In this document: positions 48,222-57,859 of the stretch, one piece after another | Numbering within the stretch: the first letter of the stretch is position 1 | How the letters are laid out: the number at the start of each line of letters is the position of its first letter | NCBI GenBank assembly: GCA_965213925.1 | Contig: OZ243927.1 | Location: 3,552,001-3,616,000, forward strand | Direction of reading: 5' to 3' | DNA: 64,000 bases | From: Trueperaceae bacterium | Lineage (GTDB): Bacteria > Deinococcota > Deinococci > Deinococcales > Trueperaceae | Notes under the pieces: generated by a model | Seen by the model: the letters and a program-made list of their open reading frames with translations, nothing else | What the model was told of the DNA's origin: nothing | Database searches by the model: none | Translations under genes and position numbers: made by a program

Positions 48222-48499
48222 AGCCGAAAAGACAACGTTTTGTCCAGAAAAGCGCCGATGCATAATTTGGACGGGCTCGTAGGACGTGTCATATGTGTTT
48301 TACAGCGTCGAAACAGTCAACGATCCACTCGAGAACGTCGCGCGAGTTGAGCATACCCGTTACACGCAGTCGTTCAGCCTTGCAGTCAACCTCATCACCG
48401 GGCGCACCGCTTACCAAAAGCAGCCTAAAATGCCTTTCTTAAATTGAGGTGTCGAGAGGGACCTTCTCCCTGCGCTCATTTCAAACCTCGAGTTCAGGT
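48222..48499 (+). pseudogene. Degenerate 3' relic of an IS982-family element
   Basis: From 48307 translates VETVNDPLENVARVEHTR...AVNLITGRTAYQKQPK, homologous to the C-terminus at 55426-55602; ends in decayed IR CTCGAGTTCAGGT. Confidence 0.85.
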
Positions 48500-48890
48500 C
48501 GTTTAAGCTCGAGCAAGGCGTAGCGTTTCTACTTAGGTGTACCGTAGCAAACCCAAATGTGAGTGAACGCGGATAGGGACAATCGCAGTGAATTGTGCAG
48601 GGACGACTCTCGGAAGTGCTGTAGAAATAGTGCGCGAAGTATCGTCGCGCGGTAGCACTCCCGCTACACGAAGTGGTACAGCAGGTTGTGTAGATGTGAA
48701 ACCGCCAAAATAAAGCCGAGACGACCTTTAGCGAACCGTAGAATTCTTGTCAAGATCAGATGTCGAGGCGTGAATCATCTGGGCTCGTGGTCGCGGCGAG
48801 TCGCCGATTTAGATTCGCCGCATAACATCACGGTTGTAGGTCAGCAGTGGGAAAGACGAGTTTCACTACTGACCTCAAGCTTGTCTTTAT

Positions 48891-48922
48891 ATGTCACTTC
48901 TACTCTCAAGTAGAAGTGACAT
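48891..48922. repeat. Perfect 14-bp hairpin downstream of the lipoprotein gene
   Basis: ATGTCACTTCTACT-CTCA-AGTAGAAGTGACAT; no clear T-tract. Confidence 0.7.
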
Positions 48923-48959
48923 CGGCTCAGCTCCACCGAGCATAGGTTGTACGCGAGCT

Positions 48960-50390
48960 TTAGTTGCAGTACCAGTCGCCGCGATATTCCGCTCCGCTCT
49001 CAGCCGTATTGCCCAGTTCATCCGTCACAACGACTTTGAGTGCCTCCCAGACGCAGTTGCCGTCGATACCGTCGTAGCCAGGCTCGTCTGTTTGCCATCT
49101 GTCATCAGCTGCGGAGTAGGTCAACGGATAGGGGGTGCCGCCTTCGGTCGAGCCGACAAGTTGGAAGGTGCTGTCGTCAGCAGCGAACTGCTTCGCGAAA
49201 AGCTCGATCTTGGTGATCGCTCCGTCTAAGCCAGGTGTCGCAGGTCCGCCGATCACTCGAGGGTGGTCGAAGTAGAGGTTGATGTCATAGCCTATACTCA
49301 GCGTCGGAACCACGCTTAGGCTTTGCTGAACTTCTGCCTGATTCCCCGAGCTGTCAAACGCGACGACTGTAAGGTCGTAGTCGCCCGCTTCAGGTGTCCA
49401 GTTCAGGGTCCAGTCGTTTCCCGCGAAAGAAACCTCCGCCACGCCCTCCTCGGCGTATTCATTCGTATCGCTCGAGCCGATCAAAGCCGGTCCTTCAAAC
49501 ACTTGCACTTTAAGAAGCCCAACGTTATCCAAGGCGCTACCCGTCAGGCTCGCCCCTTCTCCGGCGGGGACGGTACCAGGGTCGTTCACGCTCAAGCTAG
49601 GGCGCTCGTTGTCGAGGAAAAAGCCCGCGTTCTCGACAAAGGGTACTGTGAATTCGCCGAGCATTTGCTCGCCTTCTACCGCCACGCCGTCCACGATCAT
49701 CCAACCGATCACAGTGACCGAGACGGTGAAGTCGTTGTCTAAAGGGTTTGAGGTTGCGATGACGCGCGTGCCTAGGTCGCTCTGCTCGTTTACGGTACCG
49801 TCATCTGCGCCAACTTCGTAGATAGCGCTGTAGTCCTCAAAAGGAACCTCGTAGCCGCCGGGCGAGGTCACACTGAGGTAGAGGTCTAAAAGTTGACCGG
49901 GCACGACCGAGCTGATCGGCGCAGTATGGTCGAGCGCAACCCCTTCCATCAGGGTGTGAAGCTCCAAGGCGACCGTGTCCGTATCGACATTGACGGTTTG
50001 GGTGACCTCGCCGTAACTCATCCAGACGTCACCTCCGTCAAACCCTCTAGCCTGAAAGGTGTACTCCTGTCCGGCGACGATACCTACGGTGACGCTGTCA
50101 CCTGGGATGTACGGGATGAACGCGACGCTGCCTTCAGGGTCGAGATTGTAACTTTCATCGAAGGTGAGAGGGGTACCGTCCGCGCTGAGGATAGTTATTT
50201 CTAAACGTTCAACAACGGCTGCGCCGTCCTCTCCGAAGGGAACGGCTAAGGTGTTCAGACCGAAGTCGAGGGCCAAGGTGACCGGGGTGAGGTTAGCAGG
50301 GCGCGCGTCGGGCATTTCCGGCTCAGGCTGACTGGAGCAGGCTGCAAACAGCAGGGCGAATAGCAGGGCAAATAGAGACAATCTCTTCAT
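48960..50390 (-). CDS. Acidic lipoprotein with Ig-like domain
   Basis: MKRLSLFALLFALLFAA-C lipobox after GAGAGG; DNERP...SALDNVG...VVAFDSSGN Ig-like pattern; start revised to 50390. Confidence 0.8.
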   Translation of the reverse strand: MKRLSLFALLFALLFAACSSQPEPEMPDARPANLTPVTLALDFGLNTLAVPFGEDGAAVVERLEITILSADGTPLTFDESYNLDPEGSVAFIPYIPGDSVTVGIVAGQEYTFQARGFDGGDVWMSYGEVTQTVNVDTDTVALELHTLMEGVALDHTAPISSVVPGQLLDLYLSVTSPGGYEVPFEDYSAIYEVGADDGTVNEQSDLGTRVIATSNPLDNDFTVSVTVIGWMIVDGVAVEGEQMLGEFTVPFVENAGFFLDNERPSLSVNDPGTVPAGEGASLTGSALDNVGLLKVQVFEGPALIGSSDTNEYAEEGVAEVSFAGNDWTLNWTPEAGDYDLTVVAFDSSGNQAEVQQSLSVVPTLSIGYDINLYFDHPRVIGGPATPGLDGAITKIELFAKQFAADDSTFQLVGSTEGGTPYPLTYSAADDRWQTDEPGYDGIDGNCVWEALKVVVTDELGNTAESGAEYRGDWYCN

Positions 50391-50775
50391 TTGTGTAAAC
50401 CTCTCTCGGGAATCAAATTGCGCTCTGAGTTTCTCGGCGCGCAAACCGAAAAACCCATGAAGCCGTACCGACCATCGCTTTTGAATAGTGACATTGGTCA
50501 CGGCTTGTACGCTCAATATATGAAGAAGATTAAAGAGGTTCGGTGAATAATTTTACGCAGCCTCCGCTAGATATAAGGTTTTTTACAGGGCAGGAGGTGA
50601 CCGGCTATTCATTGGGCAGTGGTTTGTGCGACGTCGTAGCTTGAGCTAAAGCCTGAAGGCGGTGACTGCGGCGAGCGCGTGGCGCTTGGCAGCCGCAAAA
50701 CCTCACGAAGTGCACCGAGCCCTTCATTGTTGAACGCGCCGGGGCGGTAGGCTCGAGGTCACAGGAGGCTCAACG

Positions 50776-51102
50776 ATGGCGATGGAAACCTTGCAGAACC
50801 AAGAGGATTTAGAGAAGATGTTGGCGCGTTCAGAAGAGGAGACGGTCGTGCTTTATAAGCACAGCGCCACCTGCCCCGTCAGCGCCCGCGCCCAGGAGCA
50901 GGTCGTCCCGCTCAAACACGACATGAGCGTCTATTCGGTCGTCGTGCAGTACGCCAGGGACGTGTCCGACGCGGCAGCCCAGACACTAGACGTCACGCAC
51001 CACACGCCGCAGGTCATCGTCATCAAGGGGCGAGAGGCGGTCAAACACTACTCGCACGAGGGCATCTCCACCGAGGTCGTGCGCGAGGCGGCGACCGCCT
51101 GA
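50776..51102 (+). CDS. ytxJ: Bacillithiol-system redox protein YtxJ/BrxC family
   Basis: YKHSATCPVS, HHTPQVIVI, SH; AGGAGG RBS. Confidence 0.88.
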   Translation: MAMETLQNQEDLEKMLARSEEETVVLYKHSATCPVSARAQEQVVPLKHDMSVYSVVVQYARDVSDAAAQTLDVTHHTPQVIVIKGREAVKHYSHEGISTEVVREAATA

Positions 51103-51473
51103 GCTGGAGCGCCGCCTCGCTCTTTCGCCTCCTGCTGGCGCTCTCGTTCGTTCTAGCAGGCGCGAATCACTTCGTTAGCCCCGAACTTTACCTCAGCATC
51201 ATGCCGCCCTATCTGCCTGCCCCGCTCGCGCTCGTCTATCTGAGCGGGGCATTCGAGGTGTTGGGCGGCGTCGGCTTGCTCATGCCGCGTTTTAGAAGGG
51301 CGGCGGGGTGGGGGCTCATCGCGCTGCTCGTCGCGGTGTTCCCGGCGAACCTCTACATGGTTACGGCGAGCGGACCCTTCACCGCGCAGGGGATTCCGCT
51401 GTGGGCACTCTACGCGCGGCTGCCCTTGCAACTCGTTCTCATCGCTTGGGTTTACTGGACGATGCAGCGGTAG
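51099..51473 (+). CDS. DoxX/MauE-like membrane protein (probable CTG start)
   Basis: LALSFVLAGANHF...MPPYLP...SGAFEVLGG...AVFPANLYM...RLPLQ; first TM helix lies upstream of the first ATG. Confidence 0.82.
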   Translation: MSWSAASLFRLLLALSFVLAGANHFVSPELYLSIMPPYLPAPLALVYLSGAFEVLGGVGLLMPRFRRAAGWGLIALLVAVFPANLYMVTASGPFTAQGIPLWALYARLPLQLVLIAWVYWTMQR

Positions 51474-51474
51474 C

Positions 51475-52467
51475 TCAGAGCGGTGGCAACGTCGCGGCGT
51501 AACTCCGCACGCAGTTTCTGCCCGCGTGTTTCGCTTCGTAGAGGGCGCGGTCCGCTTGGTCTACAAAGATTTCTAAGTTGTCCTTCTGGCGCGGCATGAG
51601 CGCGGCGACGCCGAGGCTGAGGGTGACGTTGGGTCCGTACGGTGAGCAGTCGTGCGGCAATTGCAGCGCTTCGACGCTCGAGCGCAACTTCTCCGCCACC
51701 ACCTCCGCGCCGCGGATGTCGGTGTTAGGCAGAACGACGGCGAACTCTTCGCCGCCGTAACGGGCGATCAAGTCGCCCGCGCGATGCGGGTACTCGGCGA
51801 GCGTCTGCGCCACCGTCCTGAGACATTCGTCGCCCCGCTGGTGCCCGTAACCGTCGTTGTAGGGCTTAAAGGCGTCGATGTCGCACAGGATGAGCGCGAG
51901 CGAGGTCCCTTGGCGCACGGCGCGCCGCCATTCGGTTCCCAACACCTCGTCGAAGCGCCGCCGGTTGGCGATGCCCGTGAGACTGTCTAAAAAGGAGAGG
52001 GACTCGAGCTGGGCGTTCGCCTCCCTAAGTTCCGCCATAAGACTCTCCAGCTCCCGCTCGCGGGCTTTGCGCAGGTCCATTTCGCGCTTGAGTTGCAAGG
52101 CGGCGCGGACCCTGGCACTCAGCTCGGCTTTGCTGGGCGGCTTGATGATGTAGTCGTTGACGCCCGCTGAGAACGCCTCCTCGAGCGTCTCCAGGTCGTG
52201 GCTCGCAGTAATGATAATGATGGAGATATCTTTGAGGTGCGCCTCGCGCTTGAGAACCGCGCACGCCTCGACGCCGCTCAGCTTGGGCATGTTCTTGTCG
52301 AGCAGGATGAGATCGACCTCTTCGGCTACGCCCGGACCTTTCGCCCTCAAAAAGTCGAAGAGCTGATGCGCCCCTTCGAAGCTGCACACGTCTGTATGGC
52401 CGACCTCTTGTAAGACGGTGCCGAGCACGCGGCGCTGCGAAGGGGAGTCGTCGACGATGAGGATCAT
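51475..52467 (-). CDS. REC-GGDEF diguanylate cyclase
   Basis: IVDD...LLDKNMP receiver; DSLTGIANRR; RAGD I-site; RYGGEEF. Confidence 0.94.
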   Translation of the reverse strand: MILIVDDSPSQRRVLGTVLQEVGHTDVCSFEGAHQLFDFLRAKGPGVAEEVDLILLDKNMPKLSGVEACAVLKREAHLKDISIIIITASHDLETLEEAFSAGVNDYIIKPPSKAELSARVRAALQLKREMDLRKARERELESLMAELREANAQLESLSFLDSLTGIANRRRFDEVLGTEWRRAVRQGTSLALILCDIDAFKPYNDGYGHQRGDECLRTVAQTLAEYPHRAGDLIARYGGEEFAVVLPNTDIRGAEVVAEKLRSSVEALQLPHDCSPYGPNVTLSLGVAALMPRQKDNLEIFVDQADRALYEAKHAGRNCVRSYAATLPPL

Positions 52468-52593
52468 GACGTGCGCGCGGCGCGGTGCGGCAAGGTCGTT
52501 TGTGTTGAAGAGGGAAGATAAACCATAAAGTAGTTCAATCTACCCAATCTTCCGCGGGGTACACCGCTAAATAATTCACGCTCCTACAAACTG

Positions 52594-53703
52594 TTAGGTT
52601 TGAACACGCCGCTGGGCCACCTCGCTCCACACGCGCTCCGGCAACGGGTGCACGCCCGCCCGCCAGTCCGCGCCCTCCGAGACGCAGAAGCCGAGCCCCG
52701 CGACCATCACCGCCAAGGTCACGTCGAAGGCGTTCAAGCTGTCGCCGTGCCCCGCGGTGAGGTTCGCCATCGAGCCGCCCGCGAAGAGGTAGAGCGTCTC
52801 GCCGTCCACCTCACACGCTTCCACGAAGGGGATGACCCCCCGCCGCTCCCCGAGTGCAGACACGTCAATCTCGTCCACGACGTGACCGACGTTGAGCAGA
52901 AAGCAGCCCGGTTTGAGCCGCTGGATGACCTCTCGGTCGACCACGCCGGGGACACCCGTCGCGCTCACCATGACGTCGGCGCGTTCGGCGAGCGCCAGCG
53001 CCTCCCCCGTGTGCCAGCCCGCATACATCGCCTCTAACCGCTTCGCCGGGTTCCGCTCGACCACGCTGACCGCGCCGCCGAACGCGCGCGCCGCCGCCGC
53101 GACCCCTTGCCCCACCAGGCCATAGCCGATGACGACGACGTGTTTGCCGTGGAGCGACAGCTGCGTACGCTCGCAAAAGGTCTGCCAGGTCGAGAGCCCG
53201 ACTAGGTAGCGGTTGTGGAGCCCCTCTTTGATCGGCAGGTCATCCCAGTTGAAGACGGGGTAGCGCACCTCGACCCCTCGCAGGCGGCTGATGCCCGAGC
53301 CCGTCGCCTCCAGACCAGCGCAAATAGAAGTCTCCCCCTTTTCGTGCGCCGCCACCGTGAGGTCCGCGCCCATCTCGCAGGTGTGGGTGGGGTGAAACCC
53401 CAACGCCCGCTCGACCCCCTCTTCCATATCCGTCCCACTCATCCCCTGCCAAGCGTGAGCGGCCGCGCCCTTCGCTTCTAAATACCTCACGACCTCATCT
53501 CGCACGGTCGTTTTGTTGCACGTCGCCAAGAAGAGGTCGGCACCTCTCGCCAAACACGCCTCTAACGCAGGGATCATCTTGAGGTCTAGGTGGACGGAAC
53601 AGGCGAGGCGCGCCCCGCTAAGCTCGGGCAACCGCTCGCACGCGAGGCGCGTCAGCGGCATGTTGCGCCGCGCCCAAGCGAGCGAGCTTTCGAAGTCCGC
53701 CAC
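52594..53703 (-). CDS. Divergent adenosylhomocysteinase (AhcY)-like protein
   Basis: WARRNMP, SVHL, GYGLVGQG, NVGH, ANL motifs; several catalytic residues replaced. Confidence 0.85.
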   Translation of the reverse strand: MADFESSLAWARRNMPLTRLACERLPELSGARLACSVHLDLKMIPALEACLARGADLFLATCNKTTVRDEVVRYLEAKGAAAHAWQGMSGTDMEEGVERALGFHPTHTCEMGADLTVAAHEKGETSICAGLEATGSGISRLRGVEVRYPVFNWDDLPIKEGLHNRYLVGLSTWQTFCERTQLSLHGKHVVVIGYGLVGQGVAAAARAFGGAVSVVERNPAKRLEAMYAGWHTGEALALAERADVMVSATGVPGVVDREVIQRLKPGCFLLNVGHVVDEIDVSALGERRGVIPFVEACEVDGETLYLFAGGSMANLTAGHGDSLNAFDVTLAVMVAGLGFCVSEGADWRAGVHPLPERVWSEVAQRRVQT

Positions 53704-53706
53704 GGG

Positions 53707-54123
53707 CTATTCGCCGTGAACTGTGACGGTGATCTTCCTGCTCCCGCCCCTTTCGCGGTGCTCGCAGAGATAGATTCCTTGCCACGTGCCGAGCACCGGC
53801 TTGCCGTCTCTGATCGGGATGGAGAGCGAAAAGCCTAAGAGCGACGCTTTGATGTGGGCGGGCATGTCGTCCGGACCCTCTAGGGTGTGCTGAAAGTAGT
53901 CAGCGCCGTCAGGAACCATCCGCCGGAAGTGCCGCTCGAAATCGCCGCGCACGTCCGATGAGGCGTTTTCGTTCAGGGTCAGGCTCGCCGACGTGTGCTG
54001 GATAAAGAGGTGCATCAAGCCAACGCTGACGCCCAGCTCGAGCTGATCAAGCACCTCATCGGTCACGAGGTGGAAACCGCGGTTTTTAGGACTGAGTTGG
54101 ACAGTTTGCTGAGACCAAGGCAT
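53707..54123 (-). CDS. yjbQ: YjbQ (UPF0047) family protein
   Basis: [36 protein letters not shown]. Confidence 0.93.
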   Translation of the reverse strand: MPWSQQTVQLSPKNRGFHLVTDEVLDQLELGVSVGLMHLFIQHTSASLTLNENASSDVRGDFERHFRRMVPDGADYFQHTLEGPDDMPAHIKASLLGFSLSIPIRDGKPVLGTWQGIYLCEHRERGGSRKITVTVHGE

Positions 54124-54239
54124 CCCTTATTGTGTCACGTGGAAGGCTCGAGAACAATCGGCAACCTGGAAGAAGCGGCGCGTAGGGTTTTATGCATAAA
54201 TACCAGCGCAAAGCCCTAAAGTACGCTATGCTTAAAGAC

Positions 54240-55157
54240 GTGAACAGTTCTACAACTTCGCCACGCATCGGCGTGGCGCTCGGGGGCGGCAGCGCTCGCG
54301 GCTTCGCGCATATCGGCGCGCTCGCCAGCTTGGAGAAGCACGGCCTCACGCCCGACGTGGTCGCAGGTACGAGCTTCGGCGCGATCATCGGGGCGCTCTA
54401 CGCTTCGGGTAAGAGCACCGAAGAGATACAAGAGGTCGCGAACAGCTTTCGCAAACGCGACATGCCCTCGATCATCGACTTCGGTCTGCACCGGGCGGCG
54501 CTCTTCTCCGGGGACAAGCTCGAGACCTTTTTAGAGACCCTCGTCGAAGGTCGTCACTTCAGCGACTTGGAGCGCGAATTCGTCGTTGTCACGACCGACC
54601 TCGACACGGGTGAAAGCGTCACCTTGAGCGAGGGGCCGCTCGCGCCCGCGCTGCGGGCGAGTTCAGCGATGCCGGGTGTGTTCTCGCCCGTTGAGATAGA
54701 CGGGCGGCGGCTCGTAGACGGCGGTCTCGGCTCGCCCATCCCGCTGGATACACTGAGCGAGTTAGAGGTCGATATCGCTATCGGCATCGGCGCGGGGCTC
54801 GAGTGCAGCGAGTCCGCCGCGATCCGCTTTGCGCAGCGCTGCCTGGAGACCGAGTGGGGGCAGCGCCTCTACAAAGGGCTGCGCGACGGACCCGGCGAGC
54901 ACCCCTTGCAGCTCTTAGGTCGCTCCTTCGCGCACAGCATGACCGCGTGGCAAACCGATATGACCCTAGACGAGGACGCGCTACACGTGCACACCAAACC
55001 GCCTATCAACTGGTTCAACTTCCACCGGGCAGCCGAAGCGATCGAAGCGGGCGAGGCGGCGCTGGAGCAGTTCGTGCCCAAAATTCGCAGCGCCGTCGAA
55101 GCCTTTCACGATTCTGAAGTGGAAGAGCCTGACGTGATAACGGTAAAGACTCAGTAG
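54240..55157 (+). CDS. Patatin-like phospholipase
   Basis: GGGSARG, GTSFG, DGG; start placed at GTG 54240, 7 nt after TATGCT. Confidence 0.92.
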   Translation: MNSSTTSPRIGVALGGGSARGFAHIGALASLEKHGLTPDVVAGTSFGAIIGALYASGKSTEEIQEVANSFRKRDMPSIIDFGLHRAALFSGDKLETFLETLVEGRHFSDLEREFVVVTTDLDTGESVTLSEGPLAPALRASSAMPGVFSPVEIDGRRLVDGGLGSPIPLDTLSELEVDIAIGIGAGLECSESAAIRFAQRCLETEWGQRLYKGLRDGPGEHPLQLLGRSFAHSMTAWQTDMTLDEDALHVHTKPPINWFNFHRAAEAIEAGEAALEQFVPKIRSAVEAFHDSEVEEPDVITVKTQ

Positions 55158-55183
55158 AGAAGCGAGGCACAGGAAGGACTGGG

Positions 55184-55410
55184 TACACTGTTAATTAAGG
55201 AATGCAATGTTGTTGTCACCCTGTTCACGAAGTCAGACGAAGTCCGGCGGGTCCGCTTCGCGGGAGGCAAGCCGATCCGAACGGAGTGAGAACAATGATG
55301 GCGTAAGGGTCTCGTCATTTCCTTCTCTATCAGAGGAGTCAGTAAGGTCAGAGATTCTTACGCTCCACTGCGTTCCGCTCAGAATGACATCACTCGTTTT
55401 TTAGCTAACA
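55184..55410 (-). mobile_element. MITE-like element copy E, one TIR cut by IS982
   Basis: TACACTGTTAATTAA...TGTCACCCTG...AAGGGTCTC...GAGATTCTT...CAGAATGACATCACTC...TTAGCTAACA. Confidence 0.75.
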
Positions 55411-55411
55411 A

Positions 55412-56403
55412 ACCTAAGTTCGAAGTCAAATCAGGACAGGGAGAGGGTCAATGTCAGCTCCCAGATTCAGCGAAGGCTTCTTGGGCTGGTGCTGATAGGC
55501 GATGAGTCCAGCGATGAGATTGACAGCAAAGTTAGCAGGCTTTCGGTGTCTGGTGTGCTCAATCTGCGAGATATTCTTGAGCTGATCGTTCACCGTTTCG
55601 ATCCAGTCAAGCTGGACGAACGGTGATGAACCGCTTGCGCAGGAGAATCTTGTCCTCAAGCTTCAGCGCGCTTTTCATGTTCTTGCGGATGGTCGTGATG
55701 AGTTCTATGCCTTGCTCAAAGAACTTTTCGAAGAGGTCTTGTGAGAGATAACCCTTGTCACCGAAAAGCTTACCGAACAGGTTTTGCGTAAGTACACCGA
55801 GCGGCTTGCGATCATCCGTATCGCCAGGCGTTAGGTAGACGGCGAGCAGTTCACCCTTATCGTTGATGATGAGATGCAGCTCGAAACCATAGAACCAACC
55901 CATGCCGGTACAGCCACGCGCTGCTAAGCCTGCAAAGACCTTGTTGCGTTCAATACGTTTGTTGTGGCGCACTGCCACATGCGTGCTATCTACAAAGCTG
56001 ATACCTGTTACTTCACCTATACTCGCTCGCAGATAGGCGCAAAGCGGCAGCAAAACCTCTGAGGTCAGTTCTACAAAGCGCGAGTACGATACCAGTGCTG
56101 GAAACTCACCTTTAAGCTGCTTGCACACGTGTTTCTGGTAGTGGCTCTTGAAGTCTCGGTAGCCTGAACTGTGAAAGTGAATCATGATCGTCATCACTTC
56201 GCTTACGCTCAAGCGGCACTTAGGACCACGCTTTCTACTCTCAGCAAGCTGCTGTTTATGTGCCCAGAGCGCGAAGCCTCTGCAGAAGTCATCCACCTCG
56301 CAGAACAATTCTAGTAAACTCGTCCTAAGCATCTCCTTTTTTGAGCCTTCAACACCCTCATTCTAGGAGATGCTTATGCTATTTGGAAACTCCGAACTTA
56401 GGT
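55412..56403 (-). mobile_element. IS982-family insertion sequence
   Basis: Terminal IRs ACCTAAGTTCG(A/G)AGT; about 1 kb; no target duplication visible. Confidence 0.92.
55426..56332 (-). pseudogene. IS982 transposase frameshifted by a 22-nt insertion
   Basis: LFCEVDDFC, FVDST, GWFYGFELHL, GDKGY, then [10 protein letters not shown]...IEHTRHR in another frame; insertion at 55603-55624. Confidence 0.88.
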
Positions 56404-56563
56404 TATGTAAGATTTCTTTCACGCTCGCGTCTCAAGCGTGCCCCTATCATGCCCAATACACTGCACTTCGCCTATGTCGGGCGAAGTGCAAACTAGTTAT
56501 CTAATTGTAGAAGCTTGGCTCTGCCGATCTTTCGCAGCGGTCACGCTAAGATTTTAAGACACG

Positions 56564-57634
56564 TCATGCTGTCTGTGGCTGGCGCTCGAGCGCCGGATAA
56601 TCGGTATATCCCTCCGCGCCGCCGCCGTAGAACGTTTCTTGGTTCCAGTTGTTGAGCGCTGCGCCTTGCGCGAAGCGCTCGGGCAAATCCGGGTTGGCGA
56701 GGAAGAAGCGCGCATACGCGGTGAGGTCGGCGCGTCCGGCTTGCAACGCCTCTTCACCCGAATCACGGTCATAGCCGCCTGCCACAATGAGCGTGCCACT
56801 ATAGGCGTCACGCAGAAGTTCGGACGCGCTCGTCTCGCCCAAATCCTGTTCGACGCCGTGAACGTAAGCGAGACTGTAACCACTAAGTGCGTCGGCGACG
56901 TAGCGGAAGGTCTCCTGCGGGTTCTCGTCCGACATGTCGTTGAAGGTGCCGCCCGGCGAAAGCCGCACGCCGACGCGCCCAGCGTCCCACACCTCCAAAA
57001 CAGCTCGGGTGACCTCGAGCAGGAGCCTCGAGCGGTTTTCGGCCGAGCCGCCGTAGCGGTCCGTGCGCCTGTTCGTGCCGGTCTGTAAGAACTGGTCTAA
57101 AAGGTAGCCGTTTGCGCCGTGAATCTCGACGCCGTCAAAGCCCGCCGCCTTCGCGTTCTGCGCACCTTGGCGAAACTGGTCCACGACCTCAGCAACCTCG
57201 TCCGTCTCCAGAGCCCTTGGCGTTGTGAACGGCTCCATCGACCCGTCCGCTGTAAAGGTCTGCCCTTCGGGGCGAACGGCGGAGGGCGCGACGGGCGCGT
57301 CACCCCCATGAAAGGACGGATGTGAAATGCGCCCGACGTGCCAAAGCTGTAAGAAGATACGCCCGCCCGCGCCGTGAACGGCGTCCGTAACGCGCTTCCA
57401 GCCGTTAATTTGCGCCTGCGTGTGGATGCCGGGCGTGTTCGGATAGCCCTGACCTAGCGGCGTCACCTGCGTCGCTTCGGTGATGGTGAGCCCTGCGCTC
57501 GAGCGCTGCTCGTAATACGTCGCCATGAGGTCCGTCGGCACAGTATCCGTCGCGCGGTTGCGCGTCATAGGTGCCATCAAAACGCGGTTGGGAAGCTCTA
57601 GGTTGCCGAGTGTGTAGGTCTCGAGTAGTTTCAT
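56564..57634 (-). CDS. Old yellow enzyme (NemA-like alkene reductase)
   Basis: MAPMTRNRA, QLWHVGR, EIHGANGYLLDQF, ANPDL; start revised to ATG 57634. Confidence 0.93.
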   Translation of the reverse strand: MKLLETYTLGNLELPNRVLMAPMTRNRATDTVPTDLMATYYEQRSSAGLTITEATQVTPLGQGYPNTPGIHTQAQINGWKRVTDAVHGAGGRIFLQLWHVGRISHPSFHGGDAPVAPSAVRPEGQTFTADGSMEPFTTPRALETDEVAEVVDQFRQGAQNAKAAGFDGVEIHGANGYLLDQFLQTGTNRRTDRYGGSAENRSRLLLEVTRAVLEVWDAGRVGVRLSPGGTFNDMSDENPQETFRYVADALSGYSLAYVHGVEQDLGETSASELLRDAYSGTLIVAGGYDRDSGEEALQAGRADLTAYARFFLANPDLPERFAQGAALNNWNQETFYGGGAEGYTDYPALERQPQTA

Positions 57635-57859
57635 GCCTCTGAGGATGACGCACATACAGAGAAAGGTTCGTCATTCAAACTACATAAACTATAGCATTAA
57701 GCTAAATATACTGCTTGGGATTCGCACTGATTGCGACAATGATATTAGTGGACCTTGAATAAATTATAGAACCGAAGCTAGGCTCAGTTCGCTCTCGAGC
57801 TGAATCGCTGGACCCCAACTACTGAACGCTGCCCAAGTCGCTCAGGTTCAGGCGGGAGA

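Noticed and set aside
48500..48890. Possible ncRNA or gene in the gap after the IS relic
   Set aside because: No recognisable motif, RBS-supported ORF or convincing structure found by eye
55400..56415. Target-site duplication flanking IS982
   Set aside because: Flanks GCTAACAA and TATGTAAG do not match
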